Assembly (NCBI GenBank): GCA_035402805.1
Contig: DAONDY010000002.1
Coordinates: forward strand, 149,963-213,962
Length of the DNA: 64,000 nucleotides
Source of the DNA: Candidatus Woesebacteria bacterium
GTDB lineage: Bacteria > Patescibacteriota > Microgenomatia > UBA12405
Reading direction: 5' to 3'
Below, piece by piece: positions 1 to 9,400 of this stretch. The notes beneath the pieces are model-generated. The model was not told the DNA's origin, did not search any database, and worked only from the letters and a program-made list of their open reading frames with translations. A program made the position numbers and the translations under genes. Each line of letters opens with the position of its first letter. Within the stretch, counting starts at the first letter, position 1.

Positions 1-1275
1 TGTTTATTTTTACCAGTGCTAGTGTAATTTGCAGTTCCGCTTAATGGAGCAATTGCGGTTGAACCAGTAGAAGTAGAATTAAAAAGTGAATTATCAAATT
101 TCCAATGAGAAAATAATGAGGAATTTAGATCGGGGGCGGTGGAGGATTGGATGCCTAAATTGGCACTGGAACCGGATAAAGTTCCGCGTGAATTATAGTC
201 TTGTTTGATTTGGTCGGCGGTGCGGGCATAAGGATAAATTTTAACTTCATCAAAAACACCTTTTACATTGTAAGTGTTGTTATTAGTGCCATTATAAGTA
301 TTAAAATATAGATCTGTAGTATTTGTTGCGATAGAGCTAGATATAACAGTACTATTGGCTAATTTCCCATCAATATAGCTTTTAGCAATATCATTTTCTT
401 TAAAAGTTATTGTAATTTGATGCCATTGATTTGGTGAAACAGTAACACTGGCTATTCCATTAGTTCTTGTCCCTGATGTATTCCAATAATTAAAACTTAT
501 TGTATTGCCAGTTATATTAACAGCATATGGACCACCACTACCTTTATAAAAAATATAATTATCTGAATTTGTACCGTCGTGTTTTATCCAAAAACTAATC
601 GTAAATTCTTTTAGATAATTAAAAGTTGGTGATTGGTTTATTTTTATGAAATTGGATGTACCGTTAAAGTCTAAACATTTTCCAGAAACACATTGTGATT
701 CATCACTCCAAGTAGCACCAGAAATTGTGCCGTTATTTTGATTATTAGCCGAGTCGTAGGCGGTGGTGCCGATGCCTTCGTCGAATTTCCAATAAGCAAT
801 TGGGCCGCCGCCGACTTCTTCACTAGATAAAGAACCAATGGTGTAATTACTGGCTTGAGTAGAAAAATCGGCACTAGAAAAACCATTTTCAATAGTAGAG
901 TTACCGTAATAAGCATAAATAGTAGAAGTACCAGCGGGGAAAGAGGGAATTAAAATATGGAAAGTAATAGAAGTAGTACCAACACCAGAAACAAGATAAT
1001 AATCAAGAAGATTACCATTATTATCTATAAATCTAAAATCACCATCATCAGTTTGAGCTTTAGCGGTACTACCGATGTTGATTGATGTGGTAATGTAGAC
1101 ATTAGATTCAGCCGTAGTATGAGAAGAAATATCTATGGCTTGTCGGTAATGCCAACTATCATTCCACCAAGCCGCAGAAACTTTTTGTTTTGGTAAAATA
1201 AATTTCCATAAAATTACAACACCAATTAAAAGAAGAGAGAAAATAATTAATAGAGATTTATAAGAAAATTTGGAC
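1..1275 (-). CDS. Large secreted surface protein, N-terminal part only (runs off window). N-terminal signal anchor, DUF2341-like segment (W-H-Y-R-Q-A-I-D-I), then LamG/concanavalin-like lectin domain (WKFDEG...NNGT..GATW...G.CLDFNG)
   Basis: Own translation of minus strand: GTG/TTG start near 1275 just after an in-frame stop at 1285-1287. Open frame continues to base 1 without a stop (so absent from the supplied ORF track). Motifs recognised by eye. Confidence 0.55.
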
Positions 1276-1337
1276 ACTAAGTTAGTTTAACAAGAACAGC
1301 TTAAAATTATTAAAATCAAATTAAAATTTATTTAAAT

Positions 1338-1452
1338 CCTTCCTCCCCGATATTTATCGGGGTATCCTCCCTTATCAAGGGAGGAAGTATTATCTTTTAA
1401 TTTCTCCCTTTGTTAAGGGGAGATGTTGAACGAAGTGAAACAGAGAGGATTA
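1338..1452 (+). repeat. Intergenic palindromic repeat unit, family B copy B1: successive GC-rich hairpins (ccccgatatttatcgggg; tcctcccttatcaagggagga; tctccctttgttaaggggaga) ending ...aacagagaggatt
   Basis: Near-identical core tttctccctttgttaaggggagatgt...gacagagaggatt also at ~37460-37530 and 40001-40047. Related to right terminal repeat of DUF559 element at 51650-51704. Confidence 0.7.
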
Positions 1453-1455
1453 AAT

Positions 1456-1869
1456 CTAGTAAAACACCACTTTGACTTGTTGAGGGATAGTGCCATTTTT
1501 AGTCTTGGCGGCAACACTAAACTGGCCAGGAATATTGGAAGATAAATCAAAAACTGCCTTACCTGAATCGTCAGTGATGTTTTGAATCTTAGTAATACTG
1601 ATTTTAGAAGAAGTAGAGAGACTAATGGTTTGATTAGAAACTCCAAGACCGCGACCATCAAGAATAAAAACAGTTAGACGAATTTTTTCTTTATTGTCGG
1701 CTTTGGCTTGAAGAGGAGAAGCAAAAAGATAAGAGTTTTCTAGTACAACTGAAGATTGATTTCCAGTTGAGGCTTTTTTAACGAAGATGGTGGTTCTGAG
1801 AACTAGAAAGACAGAGGCAATTAATGCAATTGATAAAAATAGAATGATAAATAAATATTTTTTGTTCAC
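1456..1869 (-). CDS. Hypothetical small membrane-anchored/secreted protein (N-terminal hydrophobic helix, beta-rich remainder)
   Basis: ORF track. Hydrophobic N-terminus MNKKYLFIILFLSIALIASVFLVL. Flanked by repeat B1 (3' side) and a degenerate family-A repeat (5' side). Confidence 0.45.
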   Translation of the reverse strand: MNKKYLFIILFLSIALIASVFLVLRTTIFVKKASTGNQSSVVLENSYLFASPLQAKADNKEKIRLTVFILDGRGLGVSNQTISLSTSSKISITKIQNITDDSGKAVFDLSSNIPGQFSVAAKTKNGTIPQQVKVVFY

Positions 1870-1892
1870 TAATTAATATTAGCATTTTATAT

Positions 1893-1990
1893 AAATTCTC
1901 GTTAAATTCTTGGCTCGATAACATTTTTGCCGTGCTCACGCCCTTCGGCATTACACCTCGGATGATTGCGCGCGGAAAAATATTATCTTC
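1893..1990 (+). repeat. Degenerate copy of intergenic repeat family A (starts aattctcgtta..., shares tgccgtgctcacg / cttcg blocks with copies at 12183, 37241, 58988)
   Basis: By-eye alignment to family A consensus. Much more diverged than the other three copies. Confidence 0.35.
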
Positions 1991-2002
1991 GCCAATTTAA
2001 AA

Positions 2003-2887
2003 TTATTTGGCGATTTTAAGGGTGCGATGGAGGACATCTGGATACACATGGGGAAAGTTTTGGGTTTTGATAGCAGGATAAGAAGTGCGTAGAGCTGGAA
2101 GAAATTTTAATTGAGAAACTCGACGATAAAAATTGGAGTTAAAGAATAGGAAGATAAAAAATAAAATAAGAGTAAAAATAAAGATAGGGAGTAAAACCAT
2201 CAGATAAGTATGTTGTTGAAGAAAAATCCAAAACAAGGAAGGCATTAAATAAAGTAGAGAATTAGATTTTGGAGAATTACTACCGTCATATTCGACTGAA
2301 GTGTAAAGGCGATAATTACTGGAATAAGCAGTTGGTAAATTAAGACTATAATTACCATTTTTATCAGTAGAAGCCTTTAATGGAGGTAAGGAATAGGCTA
2401 AAGCAGCCTTGGGAAATGATTTGGCAGTATCATCGACTTTATAAAAGAAGATATTAATAGGAGAATTGGGAATACTCTGACCAGAGGTGATAACAGTAGA
2501 ATTGGGATTTATTTTGTCTTGTTCTAGAGAAATAGTGGGAGGAAGAATAATTGGACCGATGTTAGTATGATAATTGGTGGTTGGAGGTGGAGGGACACAA
2601 ACTAAAGTACTATTTCGATCGTAGTTATCTTTTGATTGAAGACATAGTTCCGAAGAATTTTTTGGGAGAACATGTTTATTAAACTCAAAATAGCCATTAT
2701 CTTGACTGAAAGTAAGTGCGTAAATACCAACACCAGTTAACTCAACTCGAGAGGTGGGTGAGGTGTAACCAAAAATAGTAACTTCATTCTCACCAATAGA
2801 AGCAGAAATGGAAACATCACCAGATTTTTCTAAAGCCAAACTAGGAGAGGCTAATAATAAGAAAAGTAGCAAAAAAACACGGAACAT
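2003..2887 (-). CDS. Secreted protein with signal peptide, Pro/Thr-rich linker and C-terminal multi-helix hydrophobic anchor
   Basis: ORF track. N-terminal MFRVFLLLFLLLASPSLA signal peptide. C-terminal hydrophobic stretch LFWIFLQQHTYLMVLLPIFIFTLILFFIFLFF. Start overlaps stop of upstream gene by 1 nt. Confidence 0.5.
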   Translation of the reverse strand: MFRVFLLLFLLLASPSLALEKSGDVSISASIGENEVTIFGYTSPTSRVELTGVGIYALTFSQDNGYFEFNKHVLPKNSSELCLQSKDNYDRNSTLVCVPPPPTTNYHTNIGPIILPPTISLEQDKINPNSTVITSGQSIPNSPINIFFYKVDDTAKSFPKAALAYSLPPLKASTDKNGNYSLNLPTAYSSNYRLYTSVEYDGSNSPKSNSLLYLMPSLFWIFLQQHTYLMVLLPIFIFTLILFFIFLFFNSNFYRRVSQLKFLPALRTSYPAIKTQNFPHVYPDVLHRTLKIAK

Positions 2888-3879
2888 TATTGATCCTTAT
2901 ATTTTTTCTTTAAGGTTTCTAATTCTTTTTCAAGTTCGTCAACTTTTTCAGAAGTCTCTTTTTTACTACCAGTCTTTTTCTTAAGAGCCAGAATAATAAC
3001 GACAATGATAATTATGGCGGTAGTGACTAAAATGAGTAATCTCCAAGGAATAACCCAGAAGAAAAGTACAGCAGTAGCAACTCCACCAGCAGTCCCATAA
3101 GCAGCATTTAATTCAGCTTTATAACGACCAAAAAGCCATTTTTTGCTTAATTGATTTTGAAATTCTCTGACTTTTCCTGGGAAAATATTGACACCTTCGG
3201 CATTGAAAGCAATTTGATCGGTTCTTAAACCAAACATATTGGTAACAGTGATATTACCAGCTGCTTTGATGTGAATATCAGATAAATTTTGGATAACAGT
3301 TTTAAAGTCAATTGGTCCAAATTCAGAGAATTTAGGAGCAGTAAAGTCTTTTACGGTAGCATTTTGACGGATATTTCCAGGAATTGTGATGTAAACTAGA
3401 GTACCAACTTTGGTTTGAATAGAAGAACCAGTGGAATCAATAATAGAAACTTGATTATCTGGACTATGAAGAACCATAGCATAGTGACCACCAGGGAGAG
3501 CATTAGCTGGAGGCATAACTGTTAAAATTAAAGTTTTAGTTTCGCCACCTTTTAGTTTGACAGATGAAGGAGATACTTGGATCCAAGAACTAGCAGCCCA
3601 GCGGTTATCCTCTTTAGAGGAAGTAATAACAGTGGGAGTACCAATATCATCATTAACTACAAAATCTTCAACGGTTATAGTTATATTTTTTTCTTTACTA
3701 GATTCGTTTCGAACTTTAATAGTTTGACTAACAACACCATCTGGTTTAACAGTAACTTCAAGACGAGGAGGGATAGCTGATAATCCTTCAGTAGTTTGAG
3801 CGTGGATAGGGGCAGTTATAAGAGAATAGTTGGTGGCTAATAGAAGAAGTAGGGTTGTTATTTTTATATATTTTTTCAT
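2887..3879 (-). CDS. Cell-surface protein: signal peptide, beta-rich ectodomain, single C-terminal TM helix followed by Lys/Glu-rich cytoplasmic tail (architecture like DUF916-type wall/surface proteins)
   Basis: ORF track. N-terminal signal peptide. C-terminal VLFFWVIPWRLLILVTTAIIIIVVIILALKKK then KETSEKVDELEKELETLKKKYKDQ. Confidence 0.5.
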   Translation of the reverse strand: MKKYIKITTLLLLLATNYSLITAPIHAQTTEGLSAIPPRLEVTVKPDGVVSQTIKVRNESSKEKNITITVEDFVVNDDIGTPTVITSSKEDNRWAASSWIQVSPSSVKLKGGETKTLILTVMPPANALPGGHYAMVLHSPDNQVSIIDSTGSSIQTKVGTLVYITIPGNIRQNATVKDFTAPKFSEFGPIDFKTVIQNLSDIHIKAAGNITVTNMFGLRTDQIAFNAEGVNIFPGKVREFQNQLSKKWLFGRYKAELNAAYGTAGGVATAVLFFWVIPWRLLILVTTAIIIIVVIILALKKKTGSKKETSEKVDELEKELETLKKKYKDQ

Positions 3880-3881
3880 TT

Positions 3882-5372
3882 TTAGAAAGTGGCAGTAGCA
3901 ATATAACTAATTTGATTTTCATAAGTGCCAGCTTGTTGAGTGGTAGAAGCAACCGCTCGATAACAAACATAAATAGAATCAGTACCAGTTGGAGTATTGG
4001 TGCGGCTTAAGATTGGTTGAGCATTAGCAAAACCAATTCCGAATGGTTTATAGTGACCAACAGTAGTAATACCAATTGAAGCAGTAGTTCCTGTAGTAAC
4101 ACCAACTTCGAGAGAGTAACCAAAACCAGAATTAGTATAAGCAGTCCAGGCTCTTTGGGCTGTGGGAGTACAACCAGTCCCTTCACAAGTAGTATTAGGA
4201 ATAGTAAGACCAACACCACCAGCACCAGTGGTTCCAATGGTGGTCATAACTTGATTTTCGAAAGCTTGAATTACATAACCATTAGCTGAATTAGTTGTAC
4301 AAGAAATGCTTTGAGCAAGGTTGTTGTAAGTGCCCAAAACTAATGGTCCAAAATTTACAGAAGTAGCTGTTGTCTCTGGAGCTCCATTACTAATTGGGAG
4401 TCCGCAACGGCTGGTTCCGATTGAGGTAGTATTTGAAGATCCAATAGTGAAAGTAATGGTTGGATCGACAATAGCGGTAACTCTAACACTTTCGGTGACA
4501 GCTAATTTTCCGAAAGTAGTATCAATAACATTACCAAAAGTATCAATTTGTCTGATGGCATAATTATATGCATCAACTGTACCAGTAGCTTGTCCAGGGA
4601 CATGGTTAATGCCTGGAGCTGGATTGATTAATTTGCTGTAAGTATCTCGACCAATGACCATACTAATACCAACACCGACAGTGGAAGCATTACCACTACA
4701 CTGAATGACGTGATAGGTTCCAGTAGAACCAATATTAACTCCAGAGGAAATGAAAACAGTGGTTCCAACACTGGCAGTACCACTAAGAGGACAAGTAATA
4801 TCAGCTACTTTTAAAGCAGTTCCCGGTCCAGTGGTGGTAGAACCAACATCTTTACCTAAATCAAATCCGCCTTGATCTGGAATACCATCTGCTGGTAGTT
4901 CACCAGGGAGATTGGTAGCTTTAATTAAAAATTGCCAAGTTTCACCAACACCAGTAGAACTTTGGGGAACGAAAGAAACAGTGTGAACAGCAGAACGGGT
5001 GGCAATAACATAAGCGTTAGGAGTAGTAGTACCAATAGCGGTAGAAAGTTCTATGGAGGCGGTATCACCAATATTTCTAACAATGTAAGTGCTAACAGTG
5101 GTAACACCAGCGTTAGCAATAACGATAGTATCACCAGTAGCAAGATTGGCGGTAATGATTGAAGGAGCTGAACTACCGATAGTATTTATTTTAATAGTAG
5201 ATCCATTAGCACTACTTAGACGACCAAAAAAAGACAATTGAGCTGTAGAAAGTTGGTCTTTTAGACTATTGACAGGGGCTGATTTAATTTGACTACCATT
5301 AGCGAAAAAAGTTAAATAGACAGGCAATGCCAGAAAAAGAAATGTTACAACTCGAAATAAAGCTTTTTTCAT
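3882..5372 (-). CDS. Secreted Thr/Gly/Ser-rich surface protein (496 aa) with signal peptide; first gene of a three-gene surface-protein operon (3882-5372, 2887-3879, 2003-2887)
   Basis: ORF track. MKKALFRVVTFLFLALPVYLTFFANG signal peptide. Low-complexity T/G/S/V-rich beta-strand-like composition. 3-nt gap to next gene. Confidence 0.5.
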   Translation of the reverse strand: MKKALFRVVTFLFLALPVYLTFFANGSQIKSAPVNSLKDQLSTAQLSFFGRLSSANGSTIKINTIGSSAPSIITANLATGDTIVIANAGVTTVSTYIVRNIGDTASIELSTAIGTTTPNAYVIATRSAVHTVSFVPQSSTGVGETWQFLIKATNLPGELPADGIPDQGGFDLGKDVGSTTTGPGTALKVADITCPLSGTASVGTTVFISSGVNIGSTGTYHVIQCSGNASTVGVGISMVIGRDTYSKLINPAPGINHVPGQATGTVDAYNYAIRQIDTFGNVIDTTFGKLAVTESVRVTAIVDPTITFTIGSSNTTSIGTSRCGLPISNGAPETTATSVNFGPLVLGTYNNLAQSISCTTNSANGYVIQAFENQVMTTIGTTGAGGVGLTIPNTTCEGTGCTPTAQRAWTAYTNSGFGYSLEVGVTTGTTASIGITTVGHYKPFGIGFANAQPILSRTNTPTGTDSIYVCYRAVASTTQQAGTYENQISYIATATF

Positions 5373-5451
5373 TTTATTTGTGTAATTTAGTGATAAATAA
5401 AGATAGATTTTTTAAATATAGTTGTCAAGAAGTTAATTTATAAAATTGGTA

Positions 5452-5506
5452 ATTTGATTTAAAAAAAATGTCGGTATAATACAAGAGCATTAAAAGTTTA
5501 GGAGAA
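5452..5506 (+). promoter_or_regulatory. Putative sigma-70-like promoter and RBS for ppdK: TTGATT -N15- TATAAT (about 5452-5480), then AGGAG Shine-Dalgarno 8 nt before ATG
   Basis: Seen in sequence: ...ggtaatttgatttaaaaaaaatgtcggtataatacaagagcattaaaagtttaggagaaaaATG. Confidence 0.4.
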
Positions 5507-5508
5507 AA

Positions 5509-8163
5509 ATGACTAATACAAAAAAATACGTCTATTTTTTCGGTAATGGAAAAGCTGAAGGCGACAAGGATATGAAATATATTCTTGGCGGTAAAGGTGC
5601 TAATTTGGCAGAAATGACCAATTTGGGAATTCCAGTACCGGCAGGTTTTACTATTTCAACAGAGGTATGTCAATACTATTATAGTAATGGCAAAAAATAT
5701 CCAACTGAATTGAAAGGGGATGTAGAAAAAGAAATTGCTCGTTTAGAAGAAAGCACTGGTAAAAAATTTGGTGATGATAAAAATCCATTATTGGTTTCAG
5801 TTAGATCTGGAGCAGCGGCTTCAATGCCAGGAATGATGGATACTATTTTAAATTTAGGTTTAAATGAAAAAGTAGTCGAAGGAATGGTTGAGAAAACTGG
5901 CAATGCCCGATTTGTTTGGGATTCTTACCGACGTTTTATTCAAATGTACTGCAATGTAGTAGAAAATATGGAACATGAAAAATTGGAACATGTGATTAAT
6001 ACTGTCAAGGCAGAAAGAGGAATTAAGGAAGATACAGCCATGACAGCTGAAGATTGGCAAAAGGTGGTTAGAGGCTATAAAGAAATTTATAAAATTGAAA
6101 AAGGACACGATTTTCCAAGTGATGCCAATGTTCAACTTTGGGGAGCAATTGATGCTGTTTTTGGTTCTTGGAATAATCCAAGAGCAATTATTTATCGTCA
6201 ATTAAACAAAATTGATGAGAAAAAAATCTTTGGAACTGCAGTAAACATCCAATCAATGGTGTTTGGTAATATGGGTGATGATTGCGGAACTGGAGTAGCT
6301 TTTACTCGTAATCCTTCAACTGGAGAAAATGTAGCCTATGGAGAATATCTAATGAATGCCCAAGGTGAGGACGTAGTGGCAGGAATTAGAACTCCAAAAA
6401 AGCTCGATTCTCTAAAAGAAGATAATGAAACTGTTTATAAAGAATTAATTGCTATTTTTGATAAATTAGAAAAACATTATAAAGATATGCAGGATGTGGA
6501 ATTTACCATTGAAAATGGTAAATTGTTTGTTCTTCAAACCAGAAATGCTAAAAGAACCGCTCCAGCTATGGTCAAAGTAGCAGTTGATTTAGTTAGTGAG
6601 GGATTGATTGATGAAAAAACAGCATTAGTGAGAGTTGAAGCTGACAAACTTGATCAATTGCTTCATCCAACTTTGGATCCAAAGGAAAAATCTAAATTCC
6701 AATTAATCACTAAAGGTTTACCAGCATCTCCAGGTGCAGCTTCTGGACAAGTTGTTTTTAACGCTGAAACTGCAGTTGAATGGGTGGAGAATGGTAAAAA
6801 AGTAATTTTAGTTAGAGCCGAAACTTCTCCTGAAGATATTGCCGGAATGAACGTAGCGGCTGGTATTTTAACGGCTCGAGGCGGAATGACTTCTCATGCA
6901 GCTGTGGTGGCTCGAGGTATGGGCCGATGTTGTGTGGCTGGTTGTGAAGCTTTAACTGTAATGGAAAGTTCTAAAATATTCAAAGTAGGTGATATTGAAG
7001 TCAAGGAAGGTGATTTAATTACTTTGGATGGAAGTGCTGGTGAAGTCTTCTTAGGTAAAGTACCAACTATGGAAGCTCAATTAAATGATGATTTTGCTCA
7101 ATTGATGAAATGGGCAGATAAAACTCGAAAATTGGGAGTCAGAACTAATGCTGATACTCCAAAAGATGCTAAAACAGCTCGAGAATTTGGAGCTCAAGGT
7201 ATTGGTCTTTGTCGAACTGAACATATGTTCTTTGAAGAAGATAAAATCTTTGCTATTCGACAAGTGATTATTTCAGATACTCTTGAACAGAGAGAAACCG
7301 CTTTGGAAAAAATCTTCCCCATGCAAAAAAATGATTTCAAACAGATATTTGAAATTATGGAAGGTTTACCAGTCAAAATTCGTTTACTTGATCCACCTTT
7401 ACACGAATTTGTACCTCATGAAGACAAAGATATTGAGGCTTTAGCAAAAGAAATGGGAATTTCTTTTGAAAAATTGAAAGAAAAAGTAATATCTCTACAT
7501 GAAGCTAATCCAATGATGGGTCATCGTGGTTGTCGACTTGGTGTTACTTTCCCAGAAATTAATCAAATGCAAGTGAAAGCTATTATGAGTGCCGCTTGTG
7601 AATTGAAGAAAGAGAAAAATGCTGAGATTGTTCCAGAAATTATGATCCCATTAATTGCTGATGTAGAAGAATTAAAATGGCTTAAAGCTAAATTGATTCC
7701 AGTTATCGAAGAAACCATGAAATCTTATGGTGTTACTTTGAAATATGAAATTGGAACCATGATTGAAATTCCAAGAGCAGCAGTAACTGCTGATGAAATT
7801 GGGACTGAAGCTGATTTCTTCTCTTTTGGAACTAATGATTTGACTCAAATGACCTATGGGTTCTCTCGTGATGATGCGGGAAAATTCATTAAAGATTATA
7901 TGAGAGAAAAAATCTTAGTTGAAGATCCGTTTAAAAGTGTTGACCAAAAAGGTGTTGGTAGACTAATGGAAATGGCAGTGAAACTTGGTCGAGATGGTAA
8001 TAAAGATCTTAATATTGGTATCTGTGGAGAACAGGGTGGAGATCCAGATACAGTTAAATTCTGTCATAGAATTGGACTAAATTATGTGTCTTGCTCGCCT
8101 TACCGAGTACCAATTGCTAGATTGGCGGCAGCACAAGCGGTGGTTGAAGAAATGAAGAAATAA
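5509..8163 (+). CDS. ppdK: Pyruvate, phosphate dikinase (884 aa)
   Basis: PEP-utilising phosphohistidine motif GGMTSHAAVVARGMG, C-terminal TIM-barrel motifs (RTEHMF, GTNDLTQ), N-terminal ATP-grasp region. Length typical of PPDK. Confidence 0.92.
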   Translation: MTNTKKYVYFFGNGKAEGDKDMKYILGGKGANLAEMTNLGIPVPAGFTISTEVCQYYYSNGKKYPTELKGDVEKEIARLEESTGKKFGDDKNPLLVSVRSGAAASMPGMMDTILNLGLNEKVVEGMVEKTGNARFVWDSYRRFIQMYCNVVENMEHEKLEHVINTVKAERGIKEDTAMTAEDWQKVVRGYKEIYKIEKGHDFPSDANVQLWGAIDAVFGSWNNPRAIIYRQLNKIDEKKIFGTAVNIQSMVFGNMGDDCGTGVAFTRNPSTGENVAYGEYLMNAQGEDVVAGIRTPKKLDSLKEDNETVYKELIAIFDKLEKHYKDMQDVEFTIENGKLFVLQTRNAKRTAPAMVKVAVDLVSEGLIDEKTALVRVEADKLDQLLHPTLDPKEKSKFQLITKGLPASPGAASGQVVFNAETAVEWVENGKKVILVRAETSPEDIAGMNVAAGILTARGGMTSHAAVVARGMGRCCVAGCEALTVMESSKIFKVGDIEVKEGDLITLDGSAGEVFLGKVPTMEAQLNDDFAQLMKWADKTRKLGVRTNADTPKDAKTAREFGAQGIGLCRTEHMFFEEDKIFAIRQVIISDTLEQRETALEKIFPMQKNDFKQIFEIMEGLPVKIRLLDPPLHEFVPHEDKDIEALAKEMGISFEKLKEKVISLHEANPMMGHRGCRLGVTFPEINQMQVKAIMSAACELKKEKNAEIVPEIMIPLIADVEELKWLKAKLIPVIEETMKSYGVTLKYEIGTMIEIPRAAVTADEIGTEADFFSFGTNDLTQMTYGFSRDDAGKFIKDYMREKILVEDPFKSVDQKGVGRLMEMAVKLGRDGNKDLNIGICGEQGGDPDTVKFCHRIGLNYVSCSPYRVPIARLAAAQAVVEEMKK

Positions 8164-8179
8164 TATTTCTTTGAGATTA

Positions 8180-8205
8180 AAAAAGCCCCCGAAAGGGGGC
8201 TTTTT
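8180..8205 (+). terminator. Rho-independent terminator aaaaagcccccgaaagggggcttttt after ppdK
   Basis: Perfect 7-bp GC stem plus T-run, seen in sequence. Confidence 0.8.
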
Positions 8206-8210
8206 AAATA

Positions 8211-8231
8211 GGGCGACCACAAGAGTCGCCC
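8211..8231 (+). repeat. REP-like GC-rich hairpin gggcgac-cacaaga-gtcgccc immediately upstream of the RayT-like transposase gene
   Basis: Seen in sequence. Same gggcga...tcgccc stem type as the two hairpins inside the transposase ORF. Confidence 0.55.
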
Positions 8232-8253
8232 ATACACATGATAATATAATTGT

Positions 8254-8841
8254 ATGTATTATCACAGAAGATCGATTAGATTAAAGGGATATAATTATTC
8301 ACAAAATTGGTTTTATTTTGTAACCATATGTGCCAAAAATAGAGGTAATGTTTTTGGTGAAATTGTAGGGGCGAGGCGTGACTCGCCCTTAATTAATAAA
8401 AATAATATATTTGCAAACGATCTGAATAGTAATTTATTCGAAATGAAATTAAATCAAAATGGGGAAATTATTGATGAAATTTGGAAATCATTATCAATTC
8501 ATCATAATGTAATTTTGGATGAATTTATTATTATGCCAGACCATATACATTTTATTTTGGTAATTAAAAATGACTTAAATAAAAATCAAAATAAATTGGA
8601 AAATAATGAAAATTTGATATTAAAAAATAATAATAAGGGCGAGTCACGCCTCGCCCCTACATTAGGGTGGATTGTTGGAATTTTTAAAACAGAATCAACA
8701 AAACGAATTAATAAATTAAATGAGACGCCAAAAATTCAATTATGGCAACGCAATTATTATGAAAGAGTTATTCGTAATGAAAAAGAGTATTTGATGATTA
8801 AAAAATATATTAGAGATAATCCAAAAAATCTAGGTTTATAA
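8254..8841 (+). CDS. RayT-like (REP-associated) Y1 HUH transposase of the IS200/IS605 superfamily (195 aa)
   Basis: N-terminal YHRRSIRLKGYNYSQ..YFVTICAKNR signature of TnpA-REP proteins. HUH motif MPDHIHFIL. RAPTLG-like motif SRLAPTLGWIVGIFK. C-terminal catalytic Tyr region QRNYYERVIRNE. Confidence 0.8.
   Translation: MYYHRRSIRLKGYNYSQNWFYFVTICAKNRGNVFGEIVGARRDSPLINKNNIFANDLNSNLFEMKLNQNGEIIDEIWKSLSIHHNVILDEFIIMPDHIHFILVIKNDLNKNQNKLENNENLILKNNNKGESRLAPTLGWIVGIFKTESTKRINKLNETPKIQLWQRNYYERVIRNEKEYLMIKKYIRDNPKNLGL
8361..8675 (+). repeat. Perfect 28-bp inverted repeat pair (tgtaggggcgaggcgtgactcgccctta at ~8361-8388 and its reverse complement at ~8648-8675), each itself a gggcgag/ctcgccc hairpin, lying in-frame inside the transposase ORF and bracketing the HUH motif
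   Basis: Seen in sequence by reverse-complement comparison. Confidence 0.75.
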
Positions 8842-8848
8842 TTGTCTT

Positions 8849-9319
8849 ATGAATATACAAGATTTAAAAGAATTCATTTTAGAAGCGAATGGGAAGGGAT
8901 ATGGAAGTGGGGAACAAAAAACAAGAGAAAAACAAGAAGATGGGTCGACGACGATTAAATATCAAAACGGAGATTGGAAAATGGTTGACAATTATGTGGG
9001 TGGGGAGCCGTATGCAGGAATGACAAAAATATTTTTTCAAGACAAAGTGGTGTGGTCAATGGTTTATTATGGATTGGTCGATAAAAAAGTTGAGGGTTTT
9101 AAAGATGTTTATGGTTTTTTAATGAAATCACTTTTGCAAATGCCCTCCGATTACCCTTATCGAGGTCCTAGGGAATTTGTTGAAGAAGAGTGGAAATATA
9201 ATAATGATTGGAGTGGGGAAGTGGAAGAATTTAATGGGGAGGAAAAAATTTATTTTAAAAATGAAATGATTTTTTGGACAAAATATATTGGCGGGGTGGT
9301 GGATGTGAGAGAAGAATAA
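8849..9319 (+). CDS. Hypothetical protein (156 aa), acidic/aromatic-rich, no recognisable motif
   Basis: ORF track. Tight spacing (8 nt) after transposase gene. Confidence 0.4.
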   Translation: MNIQDLKEFILEANGKGYGSGEQKTREKQEDGSTTIKYQNGDWKMVDNYVGGEPYAGMTKIFFQDKVVWSMVYYGLVDKKVEGFKDVYGFLMKSLLQMPSDYPYRGPREFVEEEWKYNNDWSGEVEEFNGEEKIYFKNEMIFWTKYIGGVVDVREE

Positions 9320-9400
9320 ATTTTAGTTTAGAAAAAAATAGCCGGCAGATGTTTGTTGTTATACAAAAACCTGCCGGCGTGAATATAAAAAAAGAAAGGG

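Noticed and set aside
3577-5162. Several 60-80-aa ORFs (3577-3780, 4007-4237, 4330-4563, 4932-5162)
   Set aside because: Embedded in or antisense to the large surface-protein genes. Low-complexity translations.
5679-7376. Minus-strand small ORFs inside ppdK
   Set aside because: Antisense to a strongly supported conserved gene.
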